Position numbers and translations under genes: made by a program. 64,000 nt of DNA from Geopsychrobacteraceae bacterium (lineage in GTDB: Bacteria > Desulfobacterota > Desulfuromonadia > Desulfuromonadales > Geopsychrobacteraceae). The notes beneath the pieces are model-generated. The model was given only the letters and a program-made list of their open reading frames with translations. It had not been told where the DNA came from and ran no database searches. Below, in pieces: positions 61,264-64,000 of the stretch; positions within the stretch are counted from its first letter, which is position 1, and each line of letters begins with the position of its first letter. The stretch is taken from NCBI GenBank assembly GCA_963662315.1, contig OY759353.1, positions 2,944,001 to 3,008,000 on the forward strand, read 5' to 3'.

Positions 61264-63351
61264 ATGCTGAAAATTTCCAACCTCACCGCTCATTACGGCG
61301 CCGCCCAGGCCCTCTTCGGGGTTGACCTGGAAGTTGGCAAAGGTGAGACCATCGCCCTGGTAGGCGCCAATGGTGCGGGTAAAAGCACCTTGCTGAAATG
61401 TCTGATGGGACTGGTAAAACCGACGGGGGGGAAAATTACCCTCAATGGCAAAGACGTGACCGGCAGCAGCCCGGCCAAAATGGTGCGTCTCGGCCTGACC
61501 CTGTCCCCTGAAGGGCGCGAAGTTTTCGGCCACCTGAGCGTAATGGAAAACCTGCGTCTTGGGGCGATTCCGCTGAAGCTGTCAAAAACGGTCGAGGCCG
61601 AACGTATTCAGGAGGTATTTGAGCGCTTCCCAAAACTTGATGAACGTCGCGAGCAGCTGGCCGGAACCCTGTCCGGTGGTGAACAGCAGATGCTGGCCAT
61701 GGGGCGGGCCATGATGGCCAAGCCTGAGCTGCTGCTGCTTGACGAGCCAAGCCTGGGGCTGGCCCCGCTGATTACCGACGAAATCTTCGCCATCATCCGC
61801 CAGCTGGCCCGTTCCGGCACCACGATCCTGATTGTTGAACAGAACGCTGCCCGTGCCCTGTCCGCATCGGACAAGGCTTATCTGCTGGCCAACGGTAAAG
61901 TGATTGAAAAGGGGGAAAGCTCCCACCTGCTCAACGATCCCATTTTGCGTTCCGCCTTTTTAGGCGCCGCCAGCAGTGAAAATGCTGCCGCCAGTCGCCT
62001 GGGAGCGGCCGGTCTGACTAATATTCGTCTGGAGAAACCTGCCATGCAACAGCAAAACTTTATGCCGAAATTTACCAAAGAAGAAGAATTGCATGATCAT
62101 CAGCTCAAAGGGCTTAAGTGGACTGTCAACCATGCCTACGAAGGCTCCAGTGTTTATCGTGAAAAGCTTGACGCTGCGGGAGTGACTCCCGACAGCATTA
62201 CCTCGCTTGTCGATCTGCAGCGCCTTCCCTTTACCAGCGCCGACGACTTGCGCGATGGTTATCCGTTCCCCCTGCGCGCCGTCCCCTATGAGCAGATCGT
62301 GCGGATTCACGCCTCTTCGGGAACGACCGGTAAGCGCAAAGTGCTCTGCTATACCCAGAAGGATCTTGATGACTGGACCGATTTTTTTGCGCGCTGTTAC
62401 CAGATGGCGGGAGTAACCCCCCTTGACCGGGTGCAGATCGCTGTCGGCTACGGTGTCTGGACTGCTGGCATGGGTTTTCAGCTCGGGTGTGAAAAAATCG
62501 GTGCCCTGGCGGTTCCCATTGGTCCCGGCAATATCAATCTGCAGATCCAGTTCCTCCTCGATTTTCAGTCGACAGTGTTCTGTTCCACCGCATCCATGGC
62601 CCTGCTCATGGCAGAGGAAATTCATAAGCGTGGTATTGCGGATAAGATTGCTGTCAAAAAAATTATTTACGGCTCCGAGCGCTCCAGCCGCTCAATGCGT
62701 CAGAAAATATCCGAGCTGTTTGGTGGTGCGGAACTGTTTGACATTACCGGCCTGACCGAACTGTACGGACCGGGCACCGGTATCGAATGTCCGGAACATG
62801 ACTGTATTCATTACTGGGGAGATTATTACATCCTCGAAATTCTTGATCCGGACACCTTAAAACCGGTTCCCGAAGGAGAATGGGGTGAAATGGTCGTCAC
62901 CTCGCTATGTAAAGAAGGGGTCCCTCTGATCCGCTATCGCACTCATGACATCACCCGGATCATTCCTGGCCGCTGCAGCTGCGGCAGTATTCTCCCGCGC
63001 CATTCACGCATCAAGGGGCGCAGTGACGATACCATCAAGTTCCGAGGTGTCAATATCTACCCCAGCAGTATCGATACCATCCTGTCGAGCGTTCCTGGCA
63101 TCGGCTCCGAATATCAGATTCACCTGACCCGGGATAATGCCGGTCGTGATCATATGCGCCTGGTTGTCGAGCGGGGTGAAGGGGTCAACGCCGGAAGAAC
63201 ACCGGAACTGGTTCATGAGATTGGCCATCAGATCAAAAAACAACTACTGGTATCCATCGACACCGAACTGGTCGACTATTCCAGCCTGCCGCGCTCTGAG
63301 AAGAAGAGCCAGCGGGTCTTCGATAACCGCATTCAGGATGAGATTGTCTGA
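61264..63351 (+). CDS. Fusion of a LivF-like ABC ATPase and a phenylacetate-CoA ligase (PaaK-like)
   Basis: N-terminal about 235 aa with GANGAGKS, LSGGEQQ, DEPSLGL; C-terminal HASSGTTG, GLTE, RYRTHD, GRSDD; no stop codon between them. Confidence 0.85.
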   Translation: MLKISNLTAHYGAAQALFGVDLEVGKGETIALVGANGAGKSTLLKCLMGLVKPTGGKITLNGKDVTGSSPAKMVRLGLTLSPEGREVFGHLSVMENLRLGAIPLKLSKTVEAERIQEVFERFPKLDERREQLAGTLSGGEQQMLAMGRAMMAKPELLLLDEPSLGLAPLITDEIFAIIRQLARSGTTILIVEQNAARALSASDKAYLLANGKVIEKGESSHLLNDPILRSAFLGAASSENAAASRLGAAGLTNIRLEKPAMQQQNFMPKFTKEEELHDHQLKGLKWTVNHAYEGSSVYREKLDAAGVTPDSITSLVDLQRLPFTSADDLRDGYPFPLRAVPYEQIVRIHASSGTTGKRKVLCYTQKDLDDWTDFFARCYQMAGVTPLDRVQIAVGYGVWTAGMGFQLGCEKIGALAVPIGPGNINLQIQFLLDFQSTVFCSTASMALLMAEEIHKRGIADKIAVKKIIYGSERSSRSMRQKISELFGGAELFDITGLTELYGPGTGIECPEHDCIHYWGDYYILEILDPDTLKPVPEGEWGEMVVTSLCKEGVPLIRYRTHDITRIIPGRCSCGSILPRHSRIKGRSDDTIKFRGVNIYPSSIDTILSSVPGIGSEYQIHLTRDNAGRDHMRLVVERGEGVNAGRTPELVHEIGHQIKKQLLVSIDTELVDYSSLPRSEKKSQRVFDNRIQDEIV

Positions 63352-63490
63352 TTAGGGGCTAAGCTCTCTACTAAATCATTAGCCTCTCGGCCATACGGCG
63401 GCATTTGTCCTAATCGGCCATGTCGCCGTTGTCTTGTTCTCAGTAATACCTTGACAGCCCCCATCAAAAAAACTTTACTTTATCAACCAA

Positions 63491-63507
63491 TCGGCATAGG
63501 TTTTGCT
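63491..63507 (+). promoter_or_regulatory. sigma54 (-24/-12) promoter
   Basis: CGGCAT-AGGTT-TTGC; GG(63493)-N10-GC(63505). Confidence 0.6.
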
Positions 63508-63642
63508 CATTCATACGGACATATAGCCCCTCTAAAAAGGAATATTTTTTCTTTCTTTAGATAAATGGCTGTAATTTCAAACTGTTATTTAATATTTGCA
63601 GATAATTATGATTAAACAGAAGATTGAGAGACGTGTATCAAA

Positions 63643-64000
63643 ATGAAAAAAAGGGTTATCAATCCGGAAGAGAAAATTGAGCAAGTGATTAAAACGGCCC
63701 GCCGCTTATTTCTGGAAAAGGGTTTTCACGCCGTAACTATCCCCGATATTGTCAAAGCTTCCGGTGTTAGCGTAGGAGCCATTTATCTGCACTTTACCAA
63801 CAAGGAACGCTTGGCAACCATAGTCTACCAACAGACCAACCAGAAATTCATGGATTACCTGGATGAGAAGTTGCAGGGACTGCCAGGTGGAGAGCAGGGA
63901 ATCCGCGAGGCTTTCTATCGTACCGCAGAACTGATTTTCGAGCTGACGGAAACAGACCCGGAAATCATTAATTACCTGTTGGCCGGCCGGCAGAACAATT
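63643..64000 (+). CDS. TetR family regulator (partial, runs off the window end)
   Basis: MKKRVINPEEKIEQVIKTARRLFLEKGFHAVTIPDIVKASGVSVGAIYLHFTNKE. Confidence 0.88.
   Translation, partial: MKKRVINPEEKIEQVIKTARRLFLEKGFHAVTIPDIVKASGVSVGAIYLHFTNKERLATIVYQQTNQKFMDYLDEKLQGLPGGEQGIREAFYRTAELIFELTETDPEIINYLLAGRQNN

Overview
A 64-kb gene-dense bacterial chromosomal segment. Gene content (cysS-glnS-ispF-ispD-carD, iorAB, multiheme cytochrome, a sigma54 site) suggests an anaerobic, probably marine, Desulfuromonadales-like organism; this is inference. Housekeeping blocks: dbpA (partial), oxyR-ahpCF, cysS/glnS/ispDF/carD, zur-znuCB/znuA, ppnP, prc, truC. Four accessory systems stand out. (1) 41.7-51.1 kb: an AT-richer island with a FadR/GntR regulator, a PAS-LuxR regulator, two flavocytochrome-c flavin subunits (one Tat-exported), a tetraheme cytochrome c, a tatA split by an IS5-family element and a DddY-type periplasmic DMSP lyase; together a likely DMSP-cleavage/acrylate-respiration module. 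(2) 17.7-25.7 kb: a tightly coupled operon encoding a MoxR AAA+ ATPase, an unknown protein, an HExxH-peptidase/vWA protein, a second unknown protein, a PaaK/CapK-like adenylate-forming ligase, NadR and PnuC; its function is unknown to me. (3) 3.3-13.2 kb: an orphan sugar-acid-type catabolic cluster (LysR, SAF-domain oxidoreductase, LsrG-like, GarR-like, TRAP, atypical IlvD/Edd). (4) 56.2-63.4 kb: a Liv-type ABC operon interleaved with iorAB and ending in a LivF-PaaK fusion. I saw no rRNA, tRNA or CRISPR array. All family assignments are by motif recognition; no database search was run.
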